A stretch of 64,000 nt of DNA from Nemertoderma westbladi (taxonomy: Eukaryota > Animalia > Xenacoelomorpha). Under the pieces are notes generated by a model that saw nothing but the letters and a program-made list of their open reading frames with translations, did not search any database and was not told the origin of the DNA. Position 1 is the first letter of the stretch; the number at the start of each line of letters is the position of its first letter. Below, in pieces: positions 1 to 13,727 of this stretch. Made by a program: the position numbers and the translations under genes. Where the stretch lies: contig JAUCBJ010000697.1 of the NCBI GenBank assembly GCA_032718475.1, positions 1 to 64,000 of the forward strand. Reading direction: 5' to 3'.

Positions 1-198
1 ACAGCCGCAAACGCATAGCCAACAAATTTATCAAAAGTTTACATACATGTTGTGTTCATGACGAGATGAGTGAAAATTGATCGCGTAATATAAACTAAAA
101 AATTGAGAGTCGGGCCTGGCTCTTCTCCACTTTCTTACCCAATGGATATGTTGTTGTAATAATCTAATATTGGGGCGGCTTTCTCTCGGTAGCGATCA

Positions 199-2566
199 TT
201 ACACAATTGGAGACTCCTTTTGAATATAAATGATCAAAGTGCCCATGTGCGCCATTTTTAGTAGATAGAATAACCCCCAGGTATGGAAAGTATTCTGGAA
301 TTTAATTGACTGGCCGTTGTATTCTAGAACATCATTACCTGATAATCTACCTCCCTTGCGGAACTTTACAGCTTTGGTTTGATCGAGATTTACCTGGAGC
401 CCATTCGTTTTACAATAATCTGCCAATTAATTTAAGCTGATTTGTACGTCTGCGATTGTGTCACCAACAATAACAAGGTCATCAGCATACATAATAACCC
501 ACATAGAAGCGATTACAATGCATGCAGGATGGTCCGCAATGAAAAGACTGAATAATAATGGGGAAAGTTTATCACCCTGCACTACGCCAATTGTTTGTGC
601 GATCGGTTCCAATATGTGAATTCCAACGCAGATACACACAAAGTTTATAGATATCAAGGCCCATATTGCTGTGATGAAGTTCCGACTAATTCTAAGATTC
701 GATTATTTCATGCATAGGATCTCGCGATTTATTGAATCGAAACATTTTCGGAAGTCTACAAAAACGCAATAAACGTGTCCGCCTGTTGGTTGAATTGCGA
801 TGCTTATCCCGTCGTACAGACATCTAACAGCGTCTATCGTGGATCGCGCCTTCCTGACTTCTCTTCCTTCCTTCCTGGAAGTATGCCGTTGCGTTCTGCC
901 CAGCTGTAGAGTCTCATTGCTAAGATAGACATGTATGTTTTTAGCATACACGAAAGTAGCGCTATCCCTCGGTAGCAGTCGGGGGAAGACTTACTCCCTT
1001 TCCCTTTGTATAATGGTATTAAATATGATTTTAGCCATGTAATCGGACACGTAGCTGTCGCAAAGCACACACTGAATATAGTCAATAAGTAGGGGAGTAG
1101 ATGACCGAAACCTAGTTTTAAAGATTCCCCAGTGACACCGTCTGGGCCGGCCGCTTTCCGTTGTTTCTGTTTGTGTACCGCTTCTGTTACCTCTGTAGGG
1201 TCAATCGGTTTATCAAGATCGTCGACCGGTTGTTCTGGAATAGTTGGCAACTGTGGGCGAGTATCCGCTGTGAGTAGTTTCTTTAAATGCGATGTCCAAG
1301 CTTCTTCTGGGACCTGTTGTGCTACGGGTTTCGTTGCAGATTGTCTACCTTTCAATATATTCCAGAATGCTGACGATTCTTCCTCACTGCGTTCAATTCG
1401 TTGCATTTCCTTGCGACTCTCATACAATTTCTTCTTGCGTAATAACATAAGTTTATAGTCCTGTTTGCTGCTATTGTACAATTCTCTTGATTCAATTGTG
1501 GAACTGCAACGAATTGTTTTGAGTTTATCTGCGAGATCCGATCTGGCGAGGTAACACTTTCGGTCGAACCATGGTTTCACACTCCTCGTTTTGGGTTTTG
1601 TTGCAGCTTCAGTGATAGCAGTGTTTATATAACTAGATGCCGAATCAATGTTCTCACTGAGGGCCGTTTGGAAATTATCAGGATTTAAAAGAGAGCCAAG
1701 TTTATCTGTGTCTAAATGTCTAACCGCTGGGGTTCTTTGGTGGCGTTCGGAAATATCATTATTAATTTCAAGTTGTAATTCAATACGCTGATGTTTTGTG
1801 TTAATCGTTGGTTTTACATTCAGTGTAACTGAGTCTATTAGTGTTTCATCTAGGAATACGAGATCGATAACACTACTTCCATTCCAACTGTAGTAAGTCG
1901 GAACATCTGCATCGTTTAAGCTATGTAACCCAGCCAATAGGAGACAATCGCACACTAAACTTCCACGGTCACCAGTATCGAGGCGGCAGTTGAAGTCTCC
2001 AATAATGACCATAGGAGAATTCGTTGCTGATCTGATTGTGTTTATTGTATTAACTAACTCTAGTAATATATCAGTTACTTCGGTATTTGGTTTGAAATAA
2101 CTGCACAAGAACACAAAATTCGCGAAATGTATTGCCAGAACCGATTCGCTTTTGTATAGAACCTTATGAGGAACTCCAATTCTTGTATTAATCCCCACCG
2201 TTATTCCACCAAAAGGTCGTCCATGGTCTCCTTTATTGCAGGGATGATTTATGCAAGAGAATCCTGGAATTGTTAGATCGCTATCGAGAGTTTCGGTTAA
2301 TAACAGGATATCCGATAATGCAAACGTATTATCTATTGTTGTATCCATTGTTGTCTTGGCCCCTTCAACATTCCAGCCAATCACCGATAGGGTGTTTGAG
2401 TTCGCTTTATGATCTACTATGTTAACAACCGGGAATGGCAATTCATTTAATAATTGCGAGTTTTGGAGAGTTTGGAAGCGCGAACAGTGTTTCTTATGTT
2501 TATTTAAACTGGCCAAATAACGATACGGTTTTGTGCATCCCGAACATAGAATGGTTAGTTTATTAT
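199..2566 (-). pseudogene. LINE ORF2 (zinc finger-APE endonuclease-RT), frameshifted
   Basis: APE motifs GWNVEG, LLLTET, IIGDFN, SVIDLVF. RT motifs KAAGPDG, YRGIALL, FVDFRKCFD, GVVQGDKLSPLLF, YADDL are split over ORFs 834-2516, 703-951, 427-657 and 199-426. Confidence 0.9.
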
Positions 2567-2779
2567 TATCAGTCCCCAGTCACTAGCGACTGGGATTCGC
2601 AGGACCAGCACCGTGGCTCCATCATCATCCCGCGCACCGTCAGTCTGGTTTCCGTCGGCCTGGACTCCGTTGGTCCGGACTTCGTCAGTCCGGACGCCGA
2701 CAACCCGGACTCCGTCGGTCCGCGGTTCGTCGGTCGTGGGAACCATCGATGTAAACCCAGAGATTTGTGCTCATTATCA

Positions 2780-3350
2780 TTTAGCTTGTAATTCCTAATG
2801 TGGATGCCGGATTCCCATAGAACTGGATCCATCAGGATTCACCTGATTGCATATCAGATGGAAACTCCTAAAGGATGAATCCTGTCGCATTGCGATGGGT
2901 ATGACAGACTCAAACTGGCGGTTTTCACTCCTGAGAAAGTCCTCGATTTCCTCACCAGTTACACCCGGGTCCAGGCGCCCAATATGGATATGAGCTTTGT
3001 GGACCCTTGGCGCGTCCGTCTCAGCGCGTCGGGGTTGAGCAACATGCAAAGGACCGCCGACTCGGTTGAAATGGATGGGCGGTTGTCTGGCCTGAGTGGG
3101 AATCTCTTCTCTCGGCGATACAGCAATGTGTGTCCTCGCTTGTTGTGGTTGTGTAGTACCGGTAGCAGCACCCGCACCAGTACCACATCTCTGATGGATT
3201 AGGTTTTGACGCTGAGGATGTACAAATCTGGTTCGCACCCGTTTTTGTATTTCGGTGGCCGTCATGGTCGGCGTTGGGATTAGAAGGTGTTCCGCCGCTC
3301 GTTTCAATAGTTCATCCTTCGCTGCTATGGACTCTTCCCGAGCATTTTAC
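2780..3350 (-). pseudogene. LINE ORF1-like fragment with RRM-like segment
   Basis: HIHIGRLDPGVTGEEIEDFL...FRSFHL, then (frameshifted) DPVLWESGIHIRNY; lies directly upstream of ORF2. Confidence 0.6.
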
Positions 3351-4336
3351 AGCTTGTCTAGAGAAATCATATACATTGATGTCAATAGTATTAACCAATC
3401 GGTGGTTGTTTTTCTTCGTCGTTTGTGGTCGACTTCTTATGTTTAACTGAGCGCACCATATTAATTGCTGTAAGCGGATTCAATTTCACTTCATTACCCA
3501 CCAGAAAATGGGACCAGTGGCGTTTTAGCAATATGTTGGGGATACGAGATTACCAATATTAATCTCGTCTCATCACCAACATTGGGGGGGGGGGGGGGGG
3601 GGGGGGACATAAGCCCCAAAGCCACAGAGAAAGGTGAGAGGTCAAACCACCTCGGAGGGAATACAGCTAGTAGAGGCTAGCAGCGGAGGGGAGTGCCAAA
3701 GTGACAATTAGTATATTAGCCAATAGTGGGGAGGGAAGCACGTGGTAAGGGACAGGAAAGCATCCATTGGGTAGAGGGCCAAAGTACAGTAGGAGGTGAA
3801 ACCAATATTCAATGTGTGATTAATCATATATTATCTTACATTACTGGTTTACTGGTCAGTTGAGTTATTCAGTCAGTGCAGACCAGTCATAGTTAATGAC
3901 CGCCACCGGTATACCAGTAACAATTAACTTGTATTTTCTGCTATATTCATTTGCCAGTATCAACGTGTTATCATCGCCCATGTTAATCAATAACGAGAAA
4001 CAACCCAAACTCTTATTGTTTACCCCAACGGCCTTCGGCCAAAGTGAGTGACACGCTTGCCCAGCAGAATGGTGATGAGTACATTTCTAACCCGGTCGGG
4101 ATCTCCGATCACGTCACAATTGCCTCTGGCTGGATCCGTATGAATTCCTCGGCCATTTCGTGGTGTTGAATGTCGGTATAAATAGTAAATATCAATTTAA
4201 AATGGCGTAATATATAATATCAGTAATCCGGAGTTAATGTTGCAGTATAGCACATTCTGACAGTAGTATATTAAAGATGGGAACACATGTGTAATTATAT
4301 ATTTAGAGTAAGAGAGTAAGCAGAGTAAGCTGTTAT

Positions 4337-4790
4337 GAACCACCCTTTACTAACACTGGTGTGGATTTATTTGGCCCTATTGAAGTGTATCGCGCTCGAA
4401 CTATAGTCAAGCGATGGTGCGTTATATTTGTTTGTATGACTTGTAGAGAGATTCATCTAGACATAGTAAATGATTTATCTACTAATAGTTTCATACTCAG
4501 CCTACGCTGACAAATCACTCACTTTGGGACTAGTAACCCAATGCGATCAGATAAACGAGATAAAGGCTTACGTCAATGATTGGAACCAGCGACAGGTAGA
4601 TGATCAACTGAGAGTGGCAGCTTCCAGCTGGACTTTCAATGCCGCTGATGCTCCATGGTGGGGAGGAAGTTGGGAGAGACTTATACGCAGCATCAAGACC
4701 GTGTTTCACTTTGTAGTGCCGTGCCGCGCGTACCTTACTAATGAACTCCTACAAACTCTCATGGAGGAAATCGCCGTGGATTATAATCGT
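4337..4790 (+). pseudogene. BEL/Pao integrase core fragment
   Basis: Translates to PPFTNTGVDLFGP...KRWCVIFVCMTCREIHLD and, after a frameshift, WTFNAADAPWWGGSWERLIRSIK, which are typical BEL/Pao integrase motifs. Confidence 0.85.
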
Positions 4791-5722
4791 TTTATTTAAT
4801 TATAATCATTGGAATAACCTTGTAAATAATATTAGTTAAATTTATTAGTCTATAATATATTTAGATAACGACAGGAAATAAATTCTTTTTATCCCTTCCT
4901 TACTGTCCGTATATTATTCTAAATGCATGATTACACTAAGATGCCGTACTTGTTAAAGTACAATACCATCCCTACTGTACTTTAGGTATTATTGGTAAAC
5001 ATAGAGTATTAGGAATGCAAAGTTCAGATCCTTGTGTCTCGGCTAAACTAAGAAATTGTGTGAGAGATTATAATCAGTGTGAGAGAATCCCCTGTATGTA
5101 TTGAATAGATGCAAAATTAATAAACACCACATAAGGGAGTAATAATAATCTTAAAGCCACTATTAAATAGCATTCCAGATCTGTATGAATGAGGAATACT
5201 CTAATCTCTATTACTAGCTTTGAATAATATCACCTTAGCAACGCCCACACTAGAATTAGAATATAGTTAGAGAACAATAGAAAGCCTGCCACATTAAATA
5301 GAATGCAAGGTGTATAGTATCTAAGGATACACAACAGCAACAGTGACATTCTGGAAAGCATTTGAATAATGGACAAATGGCCCCAAATTGTGCGAATTGT
5401 GGTATGAATGTGGAATTTGTGCATTTATAGGTGAATGTTACTACTCAAATGTGTTTACAGTAGCGAACCGCAATTGTGAAAGTACTCCCATAGCTGCGTC
5501 CAGTGTCTCAAGCATATTGGAGCCCTTGGGACGGACAGTGGAGTGACTCGCGCTGATTATCATTGTTGTTTTGTAGCTACTCCGTTGGCGTAAACATAGT
5601 GACAGCGGTACATCAGCACTGAGGATCTCAGGCTGTCCGGGGGCCGGTCGGGGGAAACCTCGAAGGCAGCGACGCTCGCTAGCCTTACCTCAGAAACTAT
5701 AAACTCTATAAACTCCCCTACA

Positions 5723-6844
5723 ATGACTGAATTGATAAAGGAAGACCTTGGTATTAAGGAGAGATATATGCAACCTCTACAAGCGTTTCTCTATAGTTTG
5801 TTGAGCGTTGACGCTAGTCAATCTAGGACTGCGGATGATGGACGTTACATCAAACCACTGATGACCGAGGAACAACTTAAACAAGAACTCGATTTTCGAA
5901 AATTCACCTCGCGCTATACGCATCGCGATGGTATGTATATGGATTTCTTAACTACTGGTCATCCTATCGACCTACACGATACTGATGCCTTGGATACGGA
6001 GACGGAGATGGTTTTATTTAAGTTTCACGCACAACAGAGTCGAAACGACAAACTACACATCGAGCATGAAAGTTCTATTCGAAATAGGCTAGAAAGAGAA
6101 GATGTGGAAGAACCAGATAAACGTACAAACTTTTATGAATATCTGGAGTTCCTGCGAGAGACTTATCTCAATATCGCTAGCCAACAGAACTTGGAAACTC
6201 GATATCCTCAGGGTATATATCCCGACCCCATGATCGAACTCAAACGATTATATTTCACGATGATGTACCTTACAGCGAATCGACCGCTACCTGTTGTATC
6301 AGACAGCTTCGAACAGATGGAAGAATACTGTAAGACGGGAGAAAGGTCACCAGTGTTTCATCTACAAGATATGCGTCTTTGGTATTATTGTGATGAATGC
6401 CCTAGACCCAATCAACAAACGGAATGCCATAAGCACCCGCAGAGACGTTGCGCTAAACATAGTTTCACGCGCTATACTTACGGGAGTTTTGAGCAAAACC
6501 TATTCGATGTGCCACCCACACTTGCTCGACTCAAACTTTCCTTGAGTAAACCCATGATCAGAGTTTCGGAATACTCAGTCAGACCTCCCCATCCCTTAGT
6601 GCGACCACAAACTCACGATCCTAAAAGTATAACCGACCCTCCTGAGTTATACTCTCTGTTCAAAGATCTAGTTCTACCCGAACAGTTAATCGGTGGCATT
6701 TCAGCTGTTGGTCCTATGAATATCCGTCCAACCTACCTAGCTGGATTAGGACGAGGACACTTTATCTCCCCGTTCAACCCCTATAATCAGCCCGGTTTAG
6801 TGCCTAACCAACCCGTTACCCGAAGCGTAGTAAAGAACGCGTAG
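5723..6844 (+). CDS. Hypothetical 373-aa protein with Cys/His cluster, possibly an accessory ORF of an old mobile element
   Basis: Uninterrupted ATG ORF in non-repetitive sequence; contains WYYCDECPRP...CHKHP..RCAKH. No family recognised. Confidence 0.45.
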   Translation: MTELIKEDLGIKERYMQPLQAFLYSLLSVDASQSRTADDGRYIKPLMTEEQLKQELDFRKFTSRYTHRDGMYMDFLTTGHPIDLHDTDALDTETEMVLFKFHAQQSRNDKLHIEHESSIRNRLEREDVEEPDKRTNFYEYLEFLRETYLNIASQQNLETRYPQGIYPDPMIELKRLYFTMMYLTANRPLPVVSDSFEQMEEYCKTGERSPVFHLQDMRLWYYCDECPRPNQQTECHKHPQRRCAKHSFTRYTYGSFEQNLFDVPPTLARLKLSLSKPMIRVSEYSVRPPHPLVRPQTHDPKSITDPPELYSLFKDLVLPEQLIGGISAVGPMNIRPTYLAGLGRGHFISPFNPYNQPGLVPNQPVTRSVVKNA

Positions 6845-8731
6845 TAAAGAATGCACTTGAAGCGATTCGCCAAAAGGTCGGAAAGGGAACTTATGACATT
6901 TTAGACAAACGCAAGTTGCATCAACAGGTACAGGCTGTGAAGGAATTGTCATTACCGCAATTCAATCGAGAGATTGAAGAGTTAGAGAGAGACATTGAAC
7001 TCAGACATACATATTCGTTACAAGAGTTCTTGAGTGATCGGTTTCGTAGACAAGAAGAGAGGAATCAACTAGAGGAAAAGCATATCTTAACGCAAAAGGT
7101 CTATAATGTAAATAGTTTTCCCCGGAGCACGGGTGCTCGCGGGCAGTCTCCTTTGGGAGGCTGTAACTTCCTCTTACCTTATCCTCTTCCTGCAATCATT
7201 GTGATCAGTGTTACAATAAAAGCGTAGGATTGAGTAATGACGCGAAAGGAAACACATCCATTGTGGTATCTTATGGATACTACTCATTCATATCCTTCCT
7301 CCGTTCTACCCTCCTCTCCCTCTACCCAACGCAATCGAGGATACGAAGCGTTGACAGAGAAACCACCTTCCAACGGTATCTTAAATGAATAAATTTTATA
7401 ATTTATAAATTTAATAAATACCATTATATTATAACCTCTTCCTCTCCCATCTTCTCTACCCAGCGCACTTGGAGCTTCTGTGGAGAATATCGACCAATCA
7501 TAGCTGTATCGTGGTGCTAACGTACCATCTCTTATGAATCCTCCCCATCCCCTTACTGTTTATCTGGATGCTTATATTGGTGTCCATATACCCTGTCCAT
7601 GTATCACCTTGTTGATATTTATAATATCAGCCTCTTTCTCTCTTTACATTGATTGGATAATCAACTAACAACCAACTTCCTCCTGGTCGCGGCCATTGAC
7701 ACAAGGACTGAAAGGATGGAAGAAACTTCGGTGAACAACTGGTACCATTGCGCGTCATAAATCTGGTTGTTCATACCCCTTAATCTTGGGAACCAAACTT
7801 GCGAAATTAGATGAACATAACAAATTCATCCGATTTGAATGTTTCAGGCGCTTTCTGACTCCGTTTCAGAACATTGATAGTCAGTTTAAAGACCGCGCGC
7901 TGACCAAACTCAAGCTGCGAGATTCCGCCGCTGAGAAATTAGATAGTGCCGGATTTGGCTACTGTCCTAACAAGACCTAAAATCCTTTCGGGATATTCAG
8001 TTATGGAGATACAAACTATAAAACCCACCACAAGAATGACTACACCCGTAGAAATTCTGCCAACTGACGAGGAACCTATTTGTATGGAGGCGGATGAAAT
8101 TCAACCCACCATCCCTCGTAGTAGTGATGATGATCACACGCTGGAGTGGTATCAAGGCCCACAACGTCTCACTGCCTATGATTACTGACACACCAGTTAT
8201 GTATCTAGGAAATGCTGCCATTTATGCGCTTCTCATGATCACCATACTCCTTTGACCTCCGATGAACTTTGTTCCTACTTCAAAGAACAACCTCCAATGG
8301 AGATATATGGTGCTTATTGTCTGGCGAGTCAATAATCAACATATCTACGCAGTGTGTCCACAGTTCATGTTGGATTATTTCACTGTTAAGTAGATATCTA
8401 CAGTACCACGTAAAAACTTTCTAAATCCGACGTATTTTGCCTTGATTTGTAGTAGTTGTAATATGCCTACTTCCTATAATAGATATAAGTTCACTGGTGA
8501 TTCTATTGGCGCAGTGGTGAGATAGGTTAAGGCGTTGGTTACATTCTAGGTAGGTCAGGGGTTCGAATCTGGGTCGGGAAATTCATATTTTTGGCTGTTA
8601 AATTGTCGGTTTGATTCAATTAGATAAGCCAATGAGGTGTGCATGAATGAAGCAATGAAGCCGCAACGCGTGGCGACGGTAGAACCGAAGACTTCCTTAC
8701 CGTCCCGCAGACCAGATCGCGGGAACCGGAC

Positions 8732-9943
8732 ATGGTAAGTTTGGCTGGAAGCCAAGATAACATTATTAGGAGTATAGGAGGACACATGGCCCAGATTACT
8801 CGAAATTTCGGAGAAGGTTTTCGCATTTTGCGCGAATTAACCGCCCCAATGTCGAGATACGAGTTCTACACCTTACAGGTAAGGATAGAAAGTAGGGTAC
8901 ATGCCTCCGTAGATAAACTTAAAGGTTTACACGAACTTGCAGAGTTGCGTGGCGACAACTTTACTCAAGTAAAGATAATCGATAAATTGGTAAGTGCGAG
9001 GGAAAGCCTCATTCAGTTTAAGTCAGTTGTAGGATCGACTCAACAAGAGCAACTCGATCAACTGATGGGTGAGTCTGCTTCCGACGCGTTGTTGCAACCT
9101 GAAGAGGAAGATAATGAAGAGGACTATACTGCCTGGACGGAAGGTTAGAGACACTCACCAATTTTCTTCGTAGATGCGGTGTACCGATCGAAGAACTGGA
9201 AGTCAAACCAAGAGGGACGACGGAAGTTCTATCTAAGGAAGGCTTGCCTACCCTATTCCACAACTGGATAGATCATTCGCTAGCATACGGAGCAACATTA
9301 GTGGACAGCGTCGGCAACTACTCGGCGGCGGCATGAGGTCGCACCCCAGCAACGAGACTTCGTAGGAGAAGCGCGGATGCGGATCGCACAAATTAATGCC
9401 GAAGGAGAGAGACGAATGGCTAAATTCCAAGCAGAGTGTGAGTCGATTCGCAATAGTTACGATAACAGGTTTGTTATGTCGGAATCAATTTCGCAACCAC
9501 AAGCGACGTCATCGCCGATTTTGGCAGGTAAGGTAAGTAGTCCACCTACAGTAAGCCATAGTTTACTTGTAGGAAGGGATGAACCCGTGTTTATGACAGT
9601 CAAACAGGTAAGTAAGCCGTTATCAGTTAAACCTGTAACGTGCTGCGCGAACCCAGTCATTTACAGACCAACTATGATTAAACCTGACTGCTTTACTCGA
9701 CCTTTGACACATTGCGTAATGACACATATAACTTCGCGGAAGGCTTGCGAGCCTACCGAACGACAACGGACTAACTTTGAGTTAGAACGGAACTTATCGA
9801 GACCTACGACTTCGTGGAAGGCTTGCGAGCCTACCGAACGACGAAGAACCGGGGATGCCGAACAAAAGCGACGACCGACGAAATTTACACGCCGGACGCG
9901 AACCCGCCAACCACCTTATCCGGATGACAGCGATAGCCAATAA
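8732..9943 (+). pseudogene. Interrupted coding-like region with coiled-coil segments (possible Gag N-terminal remnant)
   Basis: Consecutive plus-strand ORFs 8732-9148 and 9377-9943 with charged helical segments. No diagnostic motif. Confidence 0.25.
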
Positions 9944-10619
9944 CTTGTCTGATTGGAGTGTTGCAATATTACCTGATCTGTAAACACTAATAACGCGGCA
10001 GGGAGAGCTACCTACCAAGTCAACGGCCATAACTCGAGTCTGATGATACTGAAAGCTGGCACTTTGACTTTGAGAACCGCGGTCGTTCCAGAATACTCTA
10101 TATCCTTTAATAATAATAATAATAATGGAAAAATGTAGAACATACTGCAGAAATGCAAAAACTAAGTAAGTTGTAACCACCCCCCCCCCCCCCCCCCCCC
10201 CCATTTGCCCATTGCCAATACCAATTACTTTTTAAGCAATCTGTTGGATTGGAAGCAAGCTTATTTAATCCATCAGATGCTAATGAGTTTCAAAATTTGT
10301 TGGTTTGAATTTAATAATGTGCAAAATAAAACAAGAAATTATAATTTGATCTCAAATAGTTTTGATAAATAGTTTTGATAATTTTGATAAGTGCACTCAA
10401 CTAAATAAATCTTGAAAAATGATTCATAATGTGATTTACCAATACAAGGTTAAGTTTGTGTTTGTTGTTGCGAAAATAAGATATATTCTTTAAGTTTTAA
10501 TTTAAATTTAGCAAGTATCGGGATTTTTCTAATTTCTGAGGGTAGTTCATTCCAATATAGTGGAGGTTGATATGTTATAGAACTCTGGCCAAAATTTGTT
10601 TTGAAAAGTGGCAGTTTTC

Positions 10620-10760
10620 TCTTTTAATAAATTATATGAGCCATTGCAGCTAACCATCTTGTCAGGGATTGTGTCAGTGAGCCAAGATTCGGTAATTCCA
10701 AGAATGCCGTAAACTGTTCGTTTGTTCGCCTCCGCTTTGCAGGACATTGCTTTCGCCGTG
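10620..10760 (-). mobile_element. CR1/L2-type APE endonuclease fragment
   Basis: GILGITESWLTDTIPD...GSYNLL resembles the endonuclease N-terminal motif. Confidence 0.6.
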
Positions 10761-10764
10761 AGGA

Positions 10765-11001
10765 CCAGCCAGTGCATAATCTTGTACTTTGGCAGCCTCA
10801 TGGAGTGAATAAGCATGGTGGACAGCCCATGACTTTCTTGAGACGCATCTTAAAGGACACTGGCCTTGAAGATGCGGATGATCTAGCAAATGTCATGGGT
10901 GATAGGGAGTTGTGGCGGTGCAATTTTGTCGATAATCCGGCACAGCATTCTTAAAAATGCAGCTGCAATGCAGCATGCCGATCCTAGTAGTAGTAGTAGT
11001 A
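10765..11001 (+). mobile_element. RTE-clade LINE 3' end with (TAG)n tail
   Basis: LVLWQPHG...GGQPMTF...DTGL...MGDRELWR is the RTE C-terminal motif, followed by TAGTAGTAG. The same 3' end recurs at 31366-31454. Confidence 0.8.
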
Positions 11002-11561
11002 GCTCGTTTGTACGAAAAGATCCAGATCGGTAAGTTTATTACTAACAGATTGTGCATTAATGAAGCAACATTCTATGAAGGGATCATTTTGTTGTTCTTC
11101 TCCGTTTACGCGTTTTCCGAATGAGGTTTCGTGGAGGTATTACCAACCGAACCATTATCCGTATTATCCTGCCGTCCATTAATTTACCGATTTACACACG
11201 ATTTACATAAAACAATGTAAAATGAATTACCGGAAGTGATTTATTTATATTATTCAGTATTGTGCAGTACTGCAGTATGTATTTTTATATGGGAAAAAAT
11301 TCAATCCATCAATCAAAAAAAGCTTTAATAAGAAAACCCCGACCTCAACCTCAGATAGCCTGTAGCCATAGCCGATAGCCTAGGGCTGTACTGCTGTAGC
11401 GCGTATTCATTTACGATTTCATCGATTTATGCTTAAAGCCTACCAGCAGACCGGTACCAGTAATAACATTTCTGAGATTTACATGCATATTAGGCCTACT
11501 GCTGTATTGTATTAGGCCTACTGCTGTACTGTATTAGGCCTACTATATTTGTATTAAAGAA

Positions 11562-12014
11562 ATGTCAGCGATATCGCAATGGTTCTGGAGCGAGCGTTTC
11601 TGGCTCCCGGATAACGTAACGTGGGCCGACTTAAAGAACGACGGAACTACAACCTACCCCGAGGCCTCGGCCCTGCTCGCTGCGCTGCCTCTCGCTCTAC
11701 TCATCTACCTAATCCGGGTTCTCTCAGAGCGCCTTGTGTTCTCCAACATCGGTATAATGTTCGGTATTCGCTCCTCCAATCATCTCCGTGCGGTGGACAA
11801 CCTAGTGCTGGAGCGGGTTTACGCGTCTGTTAGTCGCAACCCGGACGGTAACCGCATTAAAGGGCTCAGTAAACAGTTGGATTGGAACGAAAAGCAAGTC
11901 CAGGCGTGGTTCCATCTGCGACGCGCCCAGGATCGATCCTCTAGGCTGCAGAAGTTCAATGAAACTATTTGGAGATTCTTATTCTATTTTTTTATATTCA
12001 TGTTCGGATGTCAG
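11562..12014 (+). CDS. CERS: Ceramide synthase (Hox-domain/TLC, CERS2-6/schlank type), coding exon 1
   Basis: WFWSERFWLPDNVTWADL N-terminus; homeodomain-like IKGLSKQLDWNEKQVQAWF..RR; KFNETIWRFLFY. Donor CAG|GTATGT at 12014/12015, phase 0. Confidence 0.92.
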
Positions 12015-12837
12015 GTATGTCTGTAGTGTATGTACAGATGTCATGATGTAGGACTAGTGACTAGGCTAATACCGTAGGAATTGGAATTATTTATTTAATA
12101 AATTAAGTAAAATATAAACATACCGACATATATAGGCCTACAGTCTGACAGTAGACTGGTAGATATAAACACAAAACACAACGATTAAGAAAATGATATA
12201 CTGTATGGTAAGGCAGAGTGCAAATTACGTACATAAATTAAATTAGATACAATTATTTACTTTAGGTTTTTAGTTCAAATTAAACAATTATATAATTCTG
12301 TCAGGCTAAAAACGTGTTTCGGTTAGGCAAGTTTATAAAAGTTAAAAAGTGATAAATTCAGAAATATACCGAAAAATTAAAAAGGTTAAAGTGACGCACC
12401 ATATTTGGGAATGCAAAAATAATTAAAAATTATAATATATTTTATACAGTACCGGTATAGAGCAGTAATTGCATGGCAGAGTAGAGTAAATAGTTCTGAA
12501 TCGTCATAGTGTAAGCTTTGTTTGTCCAGGATTACTCTGAGAGACATAGTCTCATTTCCACAGGGGTCCTGTAGATACAAGACATTAGTGACAGCATCAA
12601 CAGATCTGCCACAGCCAATCAAATACTCATCATATGGCAGTATGGGTGTCTAAACTAATCTGCCAAACAAGAAGGAAAGTTAGGCTGTTACGTAACCTGA
12701 CAGCATGGCATGGAGATAAGCAGTGGAGCAGCCGTTATACAGACTTTATGACGACAAGCTAGTACAGTACGCAAGTACACTGGCGGCCACGTTAACTGAT
12801 GTTAGGGCAAGGCGAACACCATTGTTTGTCGTAGTGG

Positions 12838-13727
12838 CAAGGCGGTTTCCACAAAGTGGTTGGCGGATTCCACAAAGTGGTTAGCGGCTTCCACAAAGTG
12901 GTTGGCGGCTTCCACAAAGTGGTTGGCGGCTTCCACATTGTGGTTGGCGGCTTCCACAAAGTGGTTGTCGGCTTCCACAAAGTGGTTGGCGGATTCCACA
13001 AAGTGGTTGGCGGATTCCACAAAGTGATTGGCGGCTTCCACATTGTGGTTGGCGGCTTCCACAAAGTGGTTGTCGGCTTCCACAAAGTGGTTGGCGGATT
13101 CCACAAAGTGGTTGGCGGATTCCACAAAGTGGTTGGCGGCTTCCACAAAGTGGTTGGCGGCTTCCACAAAGTGGTTGGCGGCTTCCACATTGTGGTTGTC
13201 GGCTTCCACAAAGTGGTTGGCGGCTTCCACAAAGTGGTTGGCGGCTTCCACAAAGTGGTTGGCGGATTCCACAAAGTGGTTGGCGGATTCCACAAAGTGG
13301 TTGGCGGCTTCCACAAAGTGGTTGGCGGCTTCCACAAAGTGGTTGGCGGCTTCCACATTGTGGTTGGCGGCTTCCACAAAGTGGTTGTCGGCTTCCACAA
13401 AGTGGTTGTCGGCTTCCACAAAGTGGTTGGCGGATTCCACAAAGTGGTTGGCGGATTCCACAAAGTGGTTGGCGGCTTCCACATTGTGGTTGGCGGCTTC
13501 CACAAAGTGGTTGGCGGATTCCACAAAGTGGTTGGCGGATTCCACAAAGTGGTTGGCGGATTCCACAAAGTGGTTGGCGGATTCCACAAAGTGGTTGGCG
13601 GATTCCACAAAGTGGTTGGCGGATTCCACAAAGTGGTTGGCGGCTTCCACAAAGTGGTTGGCGGCTTCCACAAAGTGGTAGGCGGCTTCCACAAAGTGGT
13701 TGGCGGATTCCACAAAGTGGTAGGCGA
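12838..13727. repeat. 21-bp tandem array (GGTTGGCGGCTTCCACAAAGT) in the CERS intron
   Basis: Directly visible periodicity; 7-aa repeat ORFs on both strands. Confidence 0.97.

Larger units (their letters stand above)
1..3450 (-). mobile_element. Degenerate two-ORF non-LTR retrotransposon (APE+RT LINE; clade uncertain, RTEX-like RT motifs); boundaries approximate
   Basis: Minus-strand ORF1-like region followed by APE endonuclease and frameshifted RT fragments in the expected order. Confidence 0.85.
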
